From assembly GCF_964355755.1 (NCBI RefSeq), contig NC_092679.1, forward strand, positions 9,206,201-9,270,200: a stretch of 64,000 nt of DNA, given 5' to 3'. The position numbers and the translations under genes were made by a program. Positions 1 to 12,719 of the stretch are shown piece after piece. Origin of the DNA: Antedon mediterranea (taxonomy: Eukaryota; Animalia; Echinodermata). Under the pieces are notes generated by a model. The model was not told the DNA's origin and did not search any database. It saw only the letters and a program-made list of their open reading frames with translations. Numbering within the stretch: the first letter of the stretch is position 1; each line of letters begins with the position of its first letter.

Positions 1-407
1 AATGCGATTTGAAGCTTTTCTTTACACTTTGGTGTTTTTATGTTAACAAGTTTTTTCGAAAATCACAAAATGGTCTAAAACGTCTCCAAATGCGATTTGA
101 AGCTATTCTGTACACTTTGATGTTTTTATGTTAACAAGTTTTTTCGAAGATCACAAAATGGTCTAAAACGTCTACAAATGCAATTTGAAGCTATTCTAAG
201 CACTTTTGTGTTTTTATGTTAACAAGTTTTTTCGAAAATCACAAAATGGTCTAAAACGTCTGCAAATGCGATTTTAAACTATTCTTAGCACATTGGTGTT
301 TTTATTTAAACAAATTTTTTCGAAACTCACAAAATGGTCTAAAACGTCTCCAAATGCGATTTGAAGCTATTTTAAGCACTTTGGTGTTTTTGTGTTAACA
401 AGTTTTT

Positions 408-545
408 CGAAATGCTCAAAATGGTCTAAAACGTTTTTAAACACGATATTAAGCTATTTTGTGCTCTTTGGTGTTTTTTTGTGAAAAGTTTTAGCAAAAT
501 GCTCAAAATGGTCTAAAACGATTTCTAATGTGATTTTAAGCACTT
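408..545. repeat. Divergent cassette type II (first of ~17 copies), landmark of the higher-order repeat
   Basis: CGAAATGCTC...CGTTTTTAAACACGATATTAAGCTATTTTGTGCTC...GTGAAAAGTTTTAGCAAAATGCTC...CGATTTCTAATGTGATTTTAAGCAC recurs near 430, 5910, 9210, 12860, 16410 (disrupted), 17860, 22270, 25910, 30930, 36060 (partly converted), 39085, 42735, 46470, 51600 (partly converted), 54540, 59230 and 62350. Confidence 0.92.
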
Positions 546-1080
546 TGATGTTTTTATGTTAACTAGTTTTTTCGAAAATCACAAAATGGTCTAAAACGTC
601 TCCAAATGCGATTTGAAGCTATTTTAAGCACTTAGGTGCTTTTGTGTAACCAAGTTTTTTAGAAAATCACAAAAGGGTCTAAAATGTCTCCAAATGTGAT
701 TTGAAGCTATTTTAAGCACTTTGGTGTTTTTGTTTTAACAAGTTTTTCGGAAATCACAAAATTGTCTAAAACGTCTCCAAATGCGATTTGAAGCTATTCT
801 GTACACTTTGATGTTTTTATGTTAACAAGTTTTTTAGAAAATCACAAAATGGTCTAAAACATCTCCAAATGCGATTTAAAGCTATTTTAAGCACTTTGGT
901 GTTTTTATGTTAACAAGTTTTTTCGAAAATCACAAAATGGTCTAAAACGTCTCCAAATGCGATTTGAAGCTATTTTAAGCACTTTGGTGTTTTTGTGTTA
1001 ACAAGTTTTTCGAAATGCTCAAAATGGTCTAAAACGTTTCCAAATGCGATTTGAAGCTATTCTGTACACTTTGATGTTTT

Positions 1081-1235
1081 GTGTGAAAATTTTCTGTCGA
1101 AATGCTCAAAATGGTCAAAAACGTTTTTAAATACGATATTAAGCTACTTTGTGCTCTTTGATGTTTTTGTGTGAAATGTTTTATCGAAATGCTCAAAATG
1201 GTCTAAAACGGTTTATAATGTGATTTCAAGCACTT
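1081..1235. repeat. Divergent cassette type I (first of many copies)
   Basis: GTGTGAAAATTTTCT(G/T)TCGAAATGCTCAAAATGGTCAAAAACGTTTTTAAATACGATATTAAGCTACTTTGTGCTC...CGGTTT(C/A)TAATGTGATTTCAAGCAC, also at ~2560, 4390, 6560, 7690, 9860, 11340 and onward through ~63000. Confidence 0.92.
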
Positions 1236-1520
1236 TGATGTTTTTGTGTAACCAAGTTTTTCGAAAATCACAAAATTGTCTAAAACGTCTCCAAATGCGA
1301 TTTGAAGCTATTCTGTACTCTTTGATGTTTTTATGTTAACAAGTTTTTCGAAAATCACAAAATGGTCTAAAACGTCTCCAAATGCGATTTTAAGCTATTC
1401 TAAGCACTTTGGTGTTTTTATGTTAACAAGTTTTTTTGAAATCACAAAATGGTCTAAAACGTCTCTAAATGAGATTTGAAGCTTTTCTGTACATTTTGAT
1501 GTTTTTATGTTAACAAGTTT

Positions 1521-2400
1521 TTTCGAAAATCACAAAATGGTCTAAAATGTCTCCAAATGCGATTTGAAGCTATTCTAAGCACTTTGGTGTTTTTATGGAA
1601 ACAATTTTTTTCGAAAATCACAAAATGGTCTAAAACGTCTCCAAATGTGATTTGAAGCTATTCTGTACACTTTGATGTTTTTATGTTAGCAAGTTTTTTC
1701 GAAAATCACAAAATGGTCTAAAACGTCTACAAATGCGATTTGAAGCTAATCTGTACACTTTGATGTTTTTATGTTAACAAGTTTTTTCGAAAATCACAAA
1801 AGGGTCTAAAATGTCTGTAAATGCGATTTGAAGCTATTTAAAGCACTTTGGTGTTTTTAGGTTAACAAGTTTTTTCGAAAATCACAAAATGGTCTAAAAC
1901 GTCTACAAATGCGATTTGAAGCTATTCTAAGCACTTTTGTGTTTTTATGTTAACAAGTTTTTTCGAAAATCACAAAATGGTCTAAAATGTCTCCAAATGC
2001 GATTTGAAGCTATTCTAAGCACTTTGGTGTTTTTATGGAAACAATTTTTTTCGAAAATCACAAAATGGTCTAAAACGTCTCCAAATGTGATTTGAAGCTA
2101 TTCTGTACACTTTGATGTTTTTATGTTAGCAAGTTTTTTCGAAAATCACAAAATGGTCTAAAACGTCTACAAATGCGATTTGAAGCTAATCTGTACACTT
2201 TGATGTTTTTATGTTAACAAGTTTTTTCGAAAATCACAAAAGGGTCTAAAATGTCTGTAAATGCGATTTGAAGCTATTTAAAGCACTTTGGTGTTTTTAG
2301 ATTAACAAGTTTTTTCGAAAATCACAAAATGGTCTAAAACGTCTACAAATGCGATTTGAAGCTATTCTAAGCACTTTTGTGTTTTTATGTTAACAGGTTT
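1521..2400. repeat. Tandem 440-bp (5-monomer) duplication inside the higher-order unit
   Basis: Sequence at 1561 recurs at 2001. The markers ATGGAAACAAT, GTTAGCAAG, GCTAATCTG and AGGGTCTAAAATGTCTGTA each occur twice, 440 bp apart. The copies differ at TTTTAGGTT vs TTTTAGATT. Confidence 0.9.
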
Positions 2401-3728
2401 TTTCGAAAATCACAAAATGGTCTAAAACGTCTCCAAATGCGATTTGAAGCTATTTTAAGCACTTTGGTGTTTTTGTGTTAACAAGTTTTTCGAAAATCAC
2501 AAAATGGTCTAAAACGTTTCCAAATGCGATTTGAAGCTATTCTGTACACTTTGATGTTTTGTGTGAAAATTTTCTTTCGAAATGCTCAAAATGGTCAAAA
2601 ACGTTTTTAAATACGATATTAAGCTACTTTGTGCTCTTTGATGTTTTTGTGTGAAATGTTTTATCGAAATGCTCAAAATGGTCTAAAACGGTTTCTAATG
2701 TGATTTCAAGCACTTTGATGTTTTTGTGTAACCAAGTTTTTCGAAAATCACAAAATTGTCTAAAACGTCTCCAAATGCGATTTGAAGCTATTCTGTACAC
2801 TTTGATGTTTTTATGTTAACAAGTTTTTCGAAAATCACAAAATGGTCTAAAACGTCTCCAAATGCGATTTGAAGCTATTCTGTACACTTTGATGTTTTTA
2901 TGTTAACAAGTTTTTCGAAAATCACAAAATGGTCTAAAACGTCTCTAAATGCGATTTGAAGCTTTTCTGTACACTTTAATGTTTTTATGTTAACTTTTTT
3001 CGAAAATCACAAAATGGTCTAAATTTTCTCCAAATGCGATTTGAAGCTATTCTAAGCACTTTGATGTTTTTATGTTAACAAGTTTTTTCGAAAATCACAA
3101 AATGGTCTAAAACGTCTCCAATAGCGATTTTAAGCTATTCTGTACACTTTGATGTTTTTATGTTAACAAGTTTTTCGAAAATCACAAAATGGTCTAAAAC
3201 GTCTCCAAATGCGATTTTAAGCTATTCTAAGCACTTTGGTGTTTTTATGTTAACAAGTTTTTTTGAAAATCACAAAATGGTCTAAAACGTCTCTAAATGC
3301 GATTTGAAGCTTTTCTGTACACTTTGATGTTTTTATGTTAACAACTTTTTTCGAAAATCACAAAATGGTCTAAAATGTCTCCAAATGCGATTTGAAGCTA
3401 TTCTAAGCACTTTGGTGTTTTTATGGAAACAATTTTTTTCGAAAATCACAAAATGGTCTAAAACGTCTCCAATAGCGATTTGAAGCTTTTCTGTACACTT
3501 TGGTGTTTTTATGTTAACAAGTTTTTTCGAAAATCACAAAATGGTCTAAAACGTCTCCAAATGCGATTTGAAGCTAATCTGTACACTTTGATGTTTTTAT
3601 GTTAATAAGTTTTTTCGAAAATCACAAAATGGTCTAAAACGTTTCAAAATGCGATTTGAAGCTTTTCTTTACACTTTGGTGTTTTTATGTTAACAAGTTT
3701 TTTCGAAAATCACAAAATGGTCTAAAAC

Positions 3729-6700
3729 GTCTCCAAATGCGATTTGAAGCTATTCTGTACACTTTGATGTTTTTATGTTAACAAGTTTTTTCGAAGATCA
3801 CAAAATGGTCTAAAACGTCTACAAATGCAATTTGAAGCTATTCTAAACACTTTTGTGTTTTTATGTTAACAAGTTTTTTTCGAAAATCACAAAATGGTCT
3901 AAAACGTCTGCAAATGCGATTTTAAACTATTCTTAGCACATTGGTGTTTTTATTTAAACAAATTTTTTCGAAACTCACAAAATGGTCTAAAACGTCTCCA
4001 AATGCGATTTGAAGCTATTTTAAGCACTTTGGTGTTTTTGTGTTAACAAGTTTTTTCGAAAATCACAAAATGGTCTAAAATGTCTCCAAATGCGATTTGA
4101 AGCTATTCTAAGCACTTTGGTGTTTTTATGTTAACAAGTTTTTTCGAAAATCACAAAATGGTCTAAAACGTCTCCAAATGCGATTTGAAGCTATTCTGTA
4201 CACTTTGATGTTTTTATGTTAACAAGTTTTTTCGAAAATCACAAAATGGTCTAAAACGTCTACAAATGCGATTTGAAGCTATTCTGTACACTTTGATGTT
4301 TTTATGTTAACAAGTTTTTTCGAAAATCACAAAATGGTCTAAAACGTTTCCAAATGCGATTTGAAGCTATTCTGTACACTTTGATGTTTTGTGTGAAAAT
4401 TTTCTTTCGAAATGCTCAAAATGGTCAAAAACGTTTTTAAATACGATATTAAGCTACTTTGTGCTCTTTGATGTTTTTGTGTGAAATGTTTTATCGAAAT
4501 GCTCAAAATGGTCTAAAACGGTTTCTAATGTGATTTCAAGCACTTTGATGTTTTTGTGTAACCAAGTTTTTCGAAAATCACAAAATTGTCTAAAACGTCT
4601 CCAAATGCGATTTGAAGCTATTCTGTACACTTTGATGTTTTTATGTTAACAAGTTTTTCGAAAATCACAAAATGGTCTAAAACATCTCCAAATGCGATTT
4701 GAAGCTATTCTGTACACTTTGATGTTTTTATGTTAACAAGTTTTTCGAAAATCACAAAATGGTCTAAAACGTCTCTAAATGCGATTTGAAGCTTTTCTGT
4801 ACACTTTGATGTTTTTATGTTAACAACTTTTTTCGAAAATCACAAAATGGTCTAAAATGTCTCCAAATGCGATTTGAAGCTATTCTAAGCACTTTGATGT
4901 TTTTATGTTACCAAGTTTTTTCGAAAATCACAAAATGGTCTAAAATGTCTCCAATAGCGATTTTAAGCTATTCTGTACACTTTGATGTTTTTATGTTAAC
5001 AAGTTTTTCGAAAATCACAAAATGGTCTAAAACGTCTCCAAATGCGATTTTAAGCTATTCTAAGCACTTTGGTGTTTTTATGTTAACAAGTTTTTTTGAA
5101 AATCACAAAATGGTCTAAAACGTCTCTAAATGCGATTTGAAGCTTTTCTGTACACTTTGATGTTTTTATGTTAACAACTTTTTTCGAAAATCACAAAATG
5201 GTCTAAAATGTCTCCAAATGCGATTTGAAGCTATTCTAAGCACTTTGGTGTTTTTATGGAAACAATTTTTTTCGAAAATCACAAAATGGTCTAAAACGTC
5301 TCCAATAGCGATTTGAAGCTTTTCTGTACACTTTGGTGTTTTTATGTTAACAAGTTTTTTCGAAAATCACAAAATGGTCTAAAACGTCTCCAAATGCGAT
5401 TTGAAGCTAATCTGTACACTTTGATGTTTTTATGTTAACAAGTTTTTTCGAAAATCACAAAATGGTCTAAAACGTTTCCAAATGCGATTTGAAGCTTTTC
5501 TTTACACTTTGGTGTTTTTATGTTAACAAGTTTTTTCGAAAATCACAAAATGGTCTAAAACGTCTCCAAATGCGATTTGAAGCTATTCTGTACACTTTGA
5601 TGTTTTTATGTTAACAAGTTTTTTCGAAGATCACAAAATGGTCTAAAACGTCTACAAATGCAATTTGAAGCTATTCTAAGCACTTTTGTGTTTTTATGTT
5701 AACAAGTTTTTTCGAAAATCACAAAATGGTCTAAAACGTCTGCAAATGCGATTTTAAACTATTCTTAGCACATTGGTGTTTTTATTTAAACAAATTTTTT
5801 CGAAACTCACAAAATGGTCTAAAACGTCTCCAAATGCGATTTGAAGCTATTTTAAGCACTTTGGTGTTTTTGTGTTAACAAGTTTTTCGAAATGCTCAAA
5901 ATGGTCTAAAACGTTTTTAAACACGATATTAAGCTATTTTGTGCTCTTTGGTGTTTTTTTGTGAAAAGTTTTAGCAAAATGCTCAAAATGGTCTAAAACG
6001 ATTTCTAATGTGATTTTAAGCACTTTGATGTTTTTATGTTAACTAGTTTTTTCGAAAATCACAAAATGGTCTAAAACGTCTCCAAATGCGATTTGAAGCT
6101 ATTTTAAGCACTTAGGTGCTTTTGTGTAACCAAGTTTTTTAGAAAATCACAAAAGGGTCTAAAATGTCTCCAAATGTGATTTGAAGCTATTTTAAGCACT
6201 TTGGTGTTTTTGTTTTAACAAGTTTTTCGGAAATCACAAAATTGTCTAAAACGTCTCCAAATGCGATTTGAAGCTATTCTGTACACTTTGATGTTTTTAT
6301 GTTAACAAGTTTTTTAGAAAATCACAAAATGGTCTAAAACATCTCCAAATGCGATTTAAAGCTATTTTAAGCACTTTGGTGTTTTTATGTTAACAAGTTT
6401 TTTCGAAAATCACAAAATGGTCTAAAACGTCTCCAAATGCGATTTGAAGCTATTTTAAGCACTTTGGTGTTTTTGTGTTAACAAGTTTTTCGAAATGCTC
6501 AAAATGGTCTAAAACGTTTCCAAATGCGATTTGAAGCTATTCTGTACACTTTGATGTTTTGTGTGAAAATTTTCTGTCGAAATGCTCAAAATGGTCAAAA
6601 ACGTTTTTAAATACGATATTAAGCTACTTTGTGCTCTTTGATGTTTTTGTGTGAAATGTTTTATCGAAATGCTCAAAATGGTCTAAAACGGTTTATAATG

Positions 6701-9700
6701 TGATTTCAAGCACTTTGATGTTTTTGTGTAACCAAGTTTTTCGAAAATCACAAAATTGTCTAAAACGTCTCCAAATGCGATTTGAAGCTATTCTGTACTC
6801 TTTGATGTTTTTATGTTAACAAGTTTTTCGAAAATCACAAAATGGTCTAAAACGTCTCCAAATGCGATTTTAAGCTATTCTAAGCACTTTGGTGTTTTTA
6901 TGTTAACAAGTTTTTTTGAAATCACAAAATGGTCTAAAACGTCTCTAAATGAGATTTGAAGCTTTTCTGTACATTTTGATGTTTTTATGTTAACAAGTTT
7001 TTTCGAAAATCACAAAATGGTCTAAAATGTCTCCAAATGCGATTTGAAGCTATTCTGTACACTTTGATGTTTTTATGTTAACAAGTTTTTTCGAAGATCA
7101 CAAAATGGTCTAAAACGTCTACAAATGCAATTTGAAGCTATTCTAAACACTTTTGTGTTTTTATGTTAACAAGTTTTTTTCGAAAATCACAAAATGGTCT
7201 AAAACGTCTGCAAATGCGATTTTAAACTATTCTTAGCACATTGGTGTTTTTATTTAAACAAATTTTTTCGAAACTCACAAAATGGTCTAAAACGTCTCCA
7301 AATGCGATTTGAAGCTATTTTAAGCACTTTGGTGTTTTTGTGTTAACAAGTTTTTTCGAAAATCACAAAATGGTCTAAAATGTCTCCAAATGCGATTTGA
7401 AGCTATTCTAAGCACTTTGGTGTTTTTATGTTAACAAGTTTTTTCGAAAATCACAAAATGGTCTAAAACGTCTCCAAATGCGATTTGAAGCTATTCTGTA
7501 CACTTTGATGTTTTTATGTTAACAAGTTTTTTCGAAAATCACAAAATGGTCTAAAACGTCTACAAATGCGATTTGAAGCTATTCTGTACACTTTGATGTT
7601 TTTATGTTAACAAGTTTTTTCGAAAATCACAAAATGGTCTAAAACGTTTCCAAATGCGATTTGAAGCTATTCTGTACACTTTGATGTTTTGTGTGAAAAT
7701 TTTCTTTCGAAATGCTCAAAATGGTCAAAAACGTTTTTAAATACGATATTAAGCTACTTTGTGCTCTTTGATGTTTTTGTGTGAAATGTTTTATCGAAAT
7801 GCTCAAAATGGTCTAAAACGGTTTCTAATGTGATTTCAAGCACTTTGATGTTTTTGTGTAACCAAGTTTTTCGAAAATCACAAAATTGTCTAAAACGTCT
7901 CCAAATGCGATTTGAAGCTATTCTGTACACTTTGATGTTTTTATGTTAACAAGTTTTTCGAAAATCACAAAATGGTCTAAAACATCTCCAAATGCGATTT
8001 GAAGCTATTCTGTACACTTTGATGTTTTTATGTTAACAAGTTTTTCGAAAATCACAAAATGGTCTAAAACGTCTCTAAATGCGATTTGAAGCTTTTCTGT
8101 ACACTTTGATGTTTTTATGTTAACAACTTTTTTCGAAAATCACAAAATGGTCTAAAATGTCTCCAAATGCGATTTGAAGCTATTCTAAGCACTTTGATGT
8201 TTTTATGTTACCAAGTTTTTTCGAAAATCACAAAATGGTCTAAAATGTCTCCAATAGCGATTTTAAGCTATTCTGTACACTTTGATGTTTTTATGTTAAC
8301 AAGTTTTTCGAAAATCACAAAATGGTCTAAAACGTCTCCAAATGCGATTTTAAGCTATTCTAAGCACTTTGGTGTTTTTATGTTAACAAGTTTTTTTGAA
8401 AATCACAAAATGGTCTAAAACGTCTCTAAATGCGATTTGAAGCTTTTCTGTACACTTTGATGTTTTTATGTTAACAACTTTTTTCGAAAATCACAAAATG
8501 GTCTAAAATGTCTCCAAATGCGATTTGAAGCTATTCTAAGCACTTTGGTGTTTTTATGGAAACAATTTTTTTCGAAAATCACAAAATGGTCTAAAACGTC
8601 TCCAATAGCGATTTGAAGCTTTTCTGTACACTTTGGTGTTTTTATGTTAACAAGTTTTTTCGAAAATCACAAAATGGTCTAAAACGTCTCCAAATGCGAT
8701 TTGAAGCTAATCTGTACACTTTGATGTTTTTATGTTAACAAGTTTTTTCGAAAATCACAAAATGGTCTAAAACGTTTCCAAATGCGATTTGAAGCTTTTC
8801 TTTACACTTTGGTGTTTTTATGTTAACAAGTTTTTTCGAAAATCACAAAATGGTCTAAAACGTCTCCAAATGCGATTTGAAGCTATTCTGTACACTTTGA
8901 TGTTTTTATGTTAACAAGTTTTTTCGAAGATCACAAAATGGTCTAAAACGTCTACAAATGCAATTTGAAGCTATTCTAAGCACTTTTGTGTTTTTATGTT
9001 AACAAGTTTTTTCGAAAATCACAAAATGGTCTAAAACGTCTGCAAATGCGATTTTAAACTATTCTTAGCACATTGGTGTTTTTATTTAAACAAATTTTTT
9101 CGAAACTCACAAAATGGTCTAAAACGTCTCCAAATGCGATTTGAAGCTATTTTAAGCACTTTGGTGTTTTTGTGTTAACAAGTTTTTCGAAATGCTCAAA
9201 ATGGTCTAAAACGTTTTTAAACACGATATTAAGCTATTTTGTGCTCTTTGGTGTTTTTTTGTGAAAAGTTTTAGCAAAATGCTCAAAATGGTCTAAAACG
9301 ATTTCTAATGTGATTTTAAGCACTTTGATGTTTTTATGTTAACTAGTTTTTTCGAAAATCACAAAATGGTCTAAAACGTCTCCAAATGCGATTTGAAGCT
9401 ATTTTAAGCACTTAGGTGCTTTTGTGTAACCAAGTTTTTTAGAAAATCACAAAAGGGTCTAAAATGTCTCCAAATGTGATTTGAAGCTATTTTAAGCACT
9501 TTGGTGTTTTTGTTTTAACAAGTTTTTCGGAAATCACAAAATTGTCTAAAACGTCTCCAAATGCGATTTGAAGCTATTCTGTACACTTTGATGTTTTTAT
9601 GTTAACAAGTTTTTTAGAAAATCACAAAATGGTCTAAAACATCTCCAAATGCGATTTAAAGCTATTTTAAGCACTTTGGTGTTTTTATGTTAACAAGTTT

Positions 9701-10356
9701 TTTCGAAAATCACAAAATGGTCTAAAACGTCTCCAAATGCGATTTGAAGCTATTTTAAGCACTTTGGTGTTTTTGTGTTAACAAGTTTTTCGAAATGCTC
9801 AAAATGGTCTAAAACGTTTCCAAATGCGATTTGAAGCTATTCTGTACACTTTGATGTTTTGTGTGAAAATTTTCTGTCGAAATGCTCAAAATGGTCAAAA
9901 ACGTTTTTAAATACGATATTAAGCTACTTTGTGCTCTTTGATGTTTTTGTGTGAAATGTTTTATCGAAATGCTCAAAATGGTCTAAAACGGTTTATAATG
10001 TGATTTCAAGCACTTTGATGTTTTTGTGTAACCAAGTTTTTCGAAAATCACAAAATTGTCTAAAACGTCTCCAAATGCGATTTGAAGCTATTCTGTACTC
10101 TTTGATGTTTTTATGTTAACAAGTTTTTCGAAAATCACAAAATGGTCTAAAACGTCTCCAAATGCGATTTTAAGCTATTCTAAGCACTTTGGTGTTTTTA
10201 TGTTAACAAGTTTTTTTGAAATCACAAAATGGTCTAAAACGTCTCTAAATGAGATTTGAAGCTTTTCTGTACATTTTGATGTTTTTATGTTAACAAGTTT
10301 TTTCGAAAATCACAAAATGGTCTAAAATGTCTCCAAATGCGATTTGAAGCTATTCT
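3729..10356. repeat. Apparently perfect 3300-bp tandem duplication (~38 monomers)
   Basis: Printed lines from 3781 onward match lines from 7081 onward. Identical ORFs at 4867 and 8167 are 3300 bp apart. The match ends at 7056/10356 (TATTCTGTAC vs TATTCTAAGC). Confidence 0.93.
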
Positions 10357-12719
10357 AAGCACTTTGGTGTTTTTATGGAAACAATTTTTTTCGAAAATCA
10401 CAAAATGGTCTAAAACGTCTCCAAATGTGATTTGAAGCTATTCTGTACACTTTGATGTTTTTATGTTAGCAAGTTTTTTCGAAAATCACAAAATGGTCTA
10501 AAACGTCTACAAATGCGATTTGAAGCTAATCTGTACACTTTGATGTTTTTATGTTAACAAGTTTTTTCGAAAATCACAAAAGGGTCTAAAATGTCTGTAA
10601 ATGCGATTTGAAGCTATTTAAAGCACTTTGGTGTTTTTAGGTTAACAAGTTTTTTCGAAAATCACAAAATGGTCTAAAACGTCTACAAATGCGATTTGAA
10701 GCTATTCTAAGCACTTTTGTGTTTTTATGTTAACAAGTTTTTTCGAAAATCACAAAATGGTCTAAAATGTCTCCAAATGCGATTTGAAGCTATTCTAAGC
10801 ACTTTGGTGTTTTTATGGAAACAATTTTTTTCGAAAATCACAAAATGGTCTAAAACGTCTCCAAATGTGATTTGAAGCTATTCTGTACACTTTGATGTTT
10901 TTATGTTAGCAAGTTTTTTCGAAAATCACAAAATGGTCTAAAACGTCTACAAATGCGATTTGAAGCTAATCTGTACACTTTGATGTTTTTATGTTAACAA
11001 GTTTTTTCGAAAATCACAAAAGGGTCTAAAATGTCTGTAAATGCGATTTGAAGCTATTTAAAGCACTTTGGTGTTTTTAGATTAACAAGTTTTTTCGAAA
11101 ATCACAAAATGGTCTAAAACGTCTACAAATGCGATTTGAAGCTATTCTAAGCACTTTTGTGTTTTTATGTTAACAGGTTTTTTCGAAAATCACAAAATGG
11201 TCTAAAACGTCTCCAAATGCGATTTGAAGCTATTTTAAGCACTTTGGTGTTTTTGTGTTAACAAGTTTTTCGAAAATCACAAAATGGTCTAAAACGTTTC
11301 CAAATGCGATTTGAAGCTATTCTGTACACTTTGATGTTTTGTGTGAAAATTTTCTTTCGAAATGCTCAAAATGGTCAAAAACGTTTTTAAATACGATATT
11401 AAGCTACTTTGTGCTCTTTGATGTTTTTGTGTGAAATGTTTTATCGAAATGCTCAAAATGGTCTAAAACGGTTTCTAATGTGATTTCAAGCACTTTGATG
11501 TTTTTGTGTAACCAAGTTTTTCGAAAATCACAAAATTGTCTAAAACGTCTCCAAATGCGATTTGAAGCTATTCTGTACACTTTGATGTTTTTATGTTAAC
11601 AAGTTTTTCGAAAATCACAAAATGGTCTAAAACGTCTCCAAATGCGATTTGAAGCTATTCTGTACACTTTGATGTTTTTATGTTAACAAGTTTTTCGAAA
11701 ATCACAAAATGGTCTAAAACGTCTCTAAATGCGATTTGAAGCTTTTCTGTACACTTTAATGTTTTTATGTTAACTTTTTTCGAAAATCACAAAATGGTCT
11801 AAATTTTCTCCAAATGCGATTTGAAGCTATTCTAAGCACTTTGATGTTTTTATGTTAACAAGTTTTTTCGAAAATCACAAAATGGTCTAAAACGTCTCCA
11901 ATAGCGATTTTAAGCTATTCTGTACACTTTGATGTTTTTATGTTAACAAGTTTTTCGAAAATCACAAAATGGTCTAAAACGTCTCCAAATGCGATTTTAA
12001 GCTATTCTAAGCACTTTGGTGTTTTTATGTTAACAAGTTTTTTTGAAAATCACAAAATGGTCTAAAACGTCTCTAAATGCGATTTGAAGCTTTTCTGTAC
12101 ACTTTGATGTTTTTATGTTAACAACTTTTTTCGAAAATCACAAAATGGTCTAAAATGTCTCCAAATGCGATTTGAAGCTATTCTAAGCACTTTGGTGTTT
12201 TTATGGAAACAATTTTTTTCGAAAATCACAAAATGGTCTAAAACGTCTCCAATAGCGATTTGAAGCTTTTCTGTACACTTTGGTGTTTTTATGTTAACAA
12301 GTTTTTTCGAAAATCACAAAATGGTCTAAAACGTCTCCAAATGCGATTTGAAGCTAATCTGTACACTTTGATGTTTTTATGTTAATAAGTTTTTTCGAAA
12401 ATCACAAAATGGTCTAAAACGTTTCAAAATGCGATTTGAAGCTTTTCTTTACACTTTGGTGTTTTTATGTTAACAAGTTTTTTCGAAAATCACAAAATGG
12501 TCTAAAACGTCTCCAAATGCGATTTGAAGCTATTCTGTACACTTTGATGTTTTTATGTTAACAAGTTTTTTCGAAGATCACAAAATGGTCTAAAACGTCT
12601 ACAAATGCAATTTGAAGCTATTCTAAACACTTTTGTGTTTTTATGTTAACAAGTTTTTTTCGAAAATCACAAAATGGTCTAAAACGTCTGCAAATGCGAT
12701 TTTAAACTATTCTTAGCAC

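Noticed and set aside
1-88. Assignment to a named satellite family or species
   Set aside because: I do not recognise the consensus. A BLASTN or Dfam/Repbase search is needed.
1786-1806. CENP-B box-like motif (TTCG...GGG) in AAAAGGG monomers
   Set aside because: It does not fit the TTCGnnnnAnnCGGG core in spacing or bases.
1-2400. Strict 176-bp dimer as the basic unit
   Set aside because: The GTAC and AAGC classes do not alternate regularly; runs of the same class occur.
3118-3130. CCAATAGCG vs CCAAATGCG as a micro-inversion
   Set aside because: AT is its own reverse complement, so an inversion does not give TA. It is better treated as one inherited double substitution or compensating indel.
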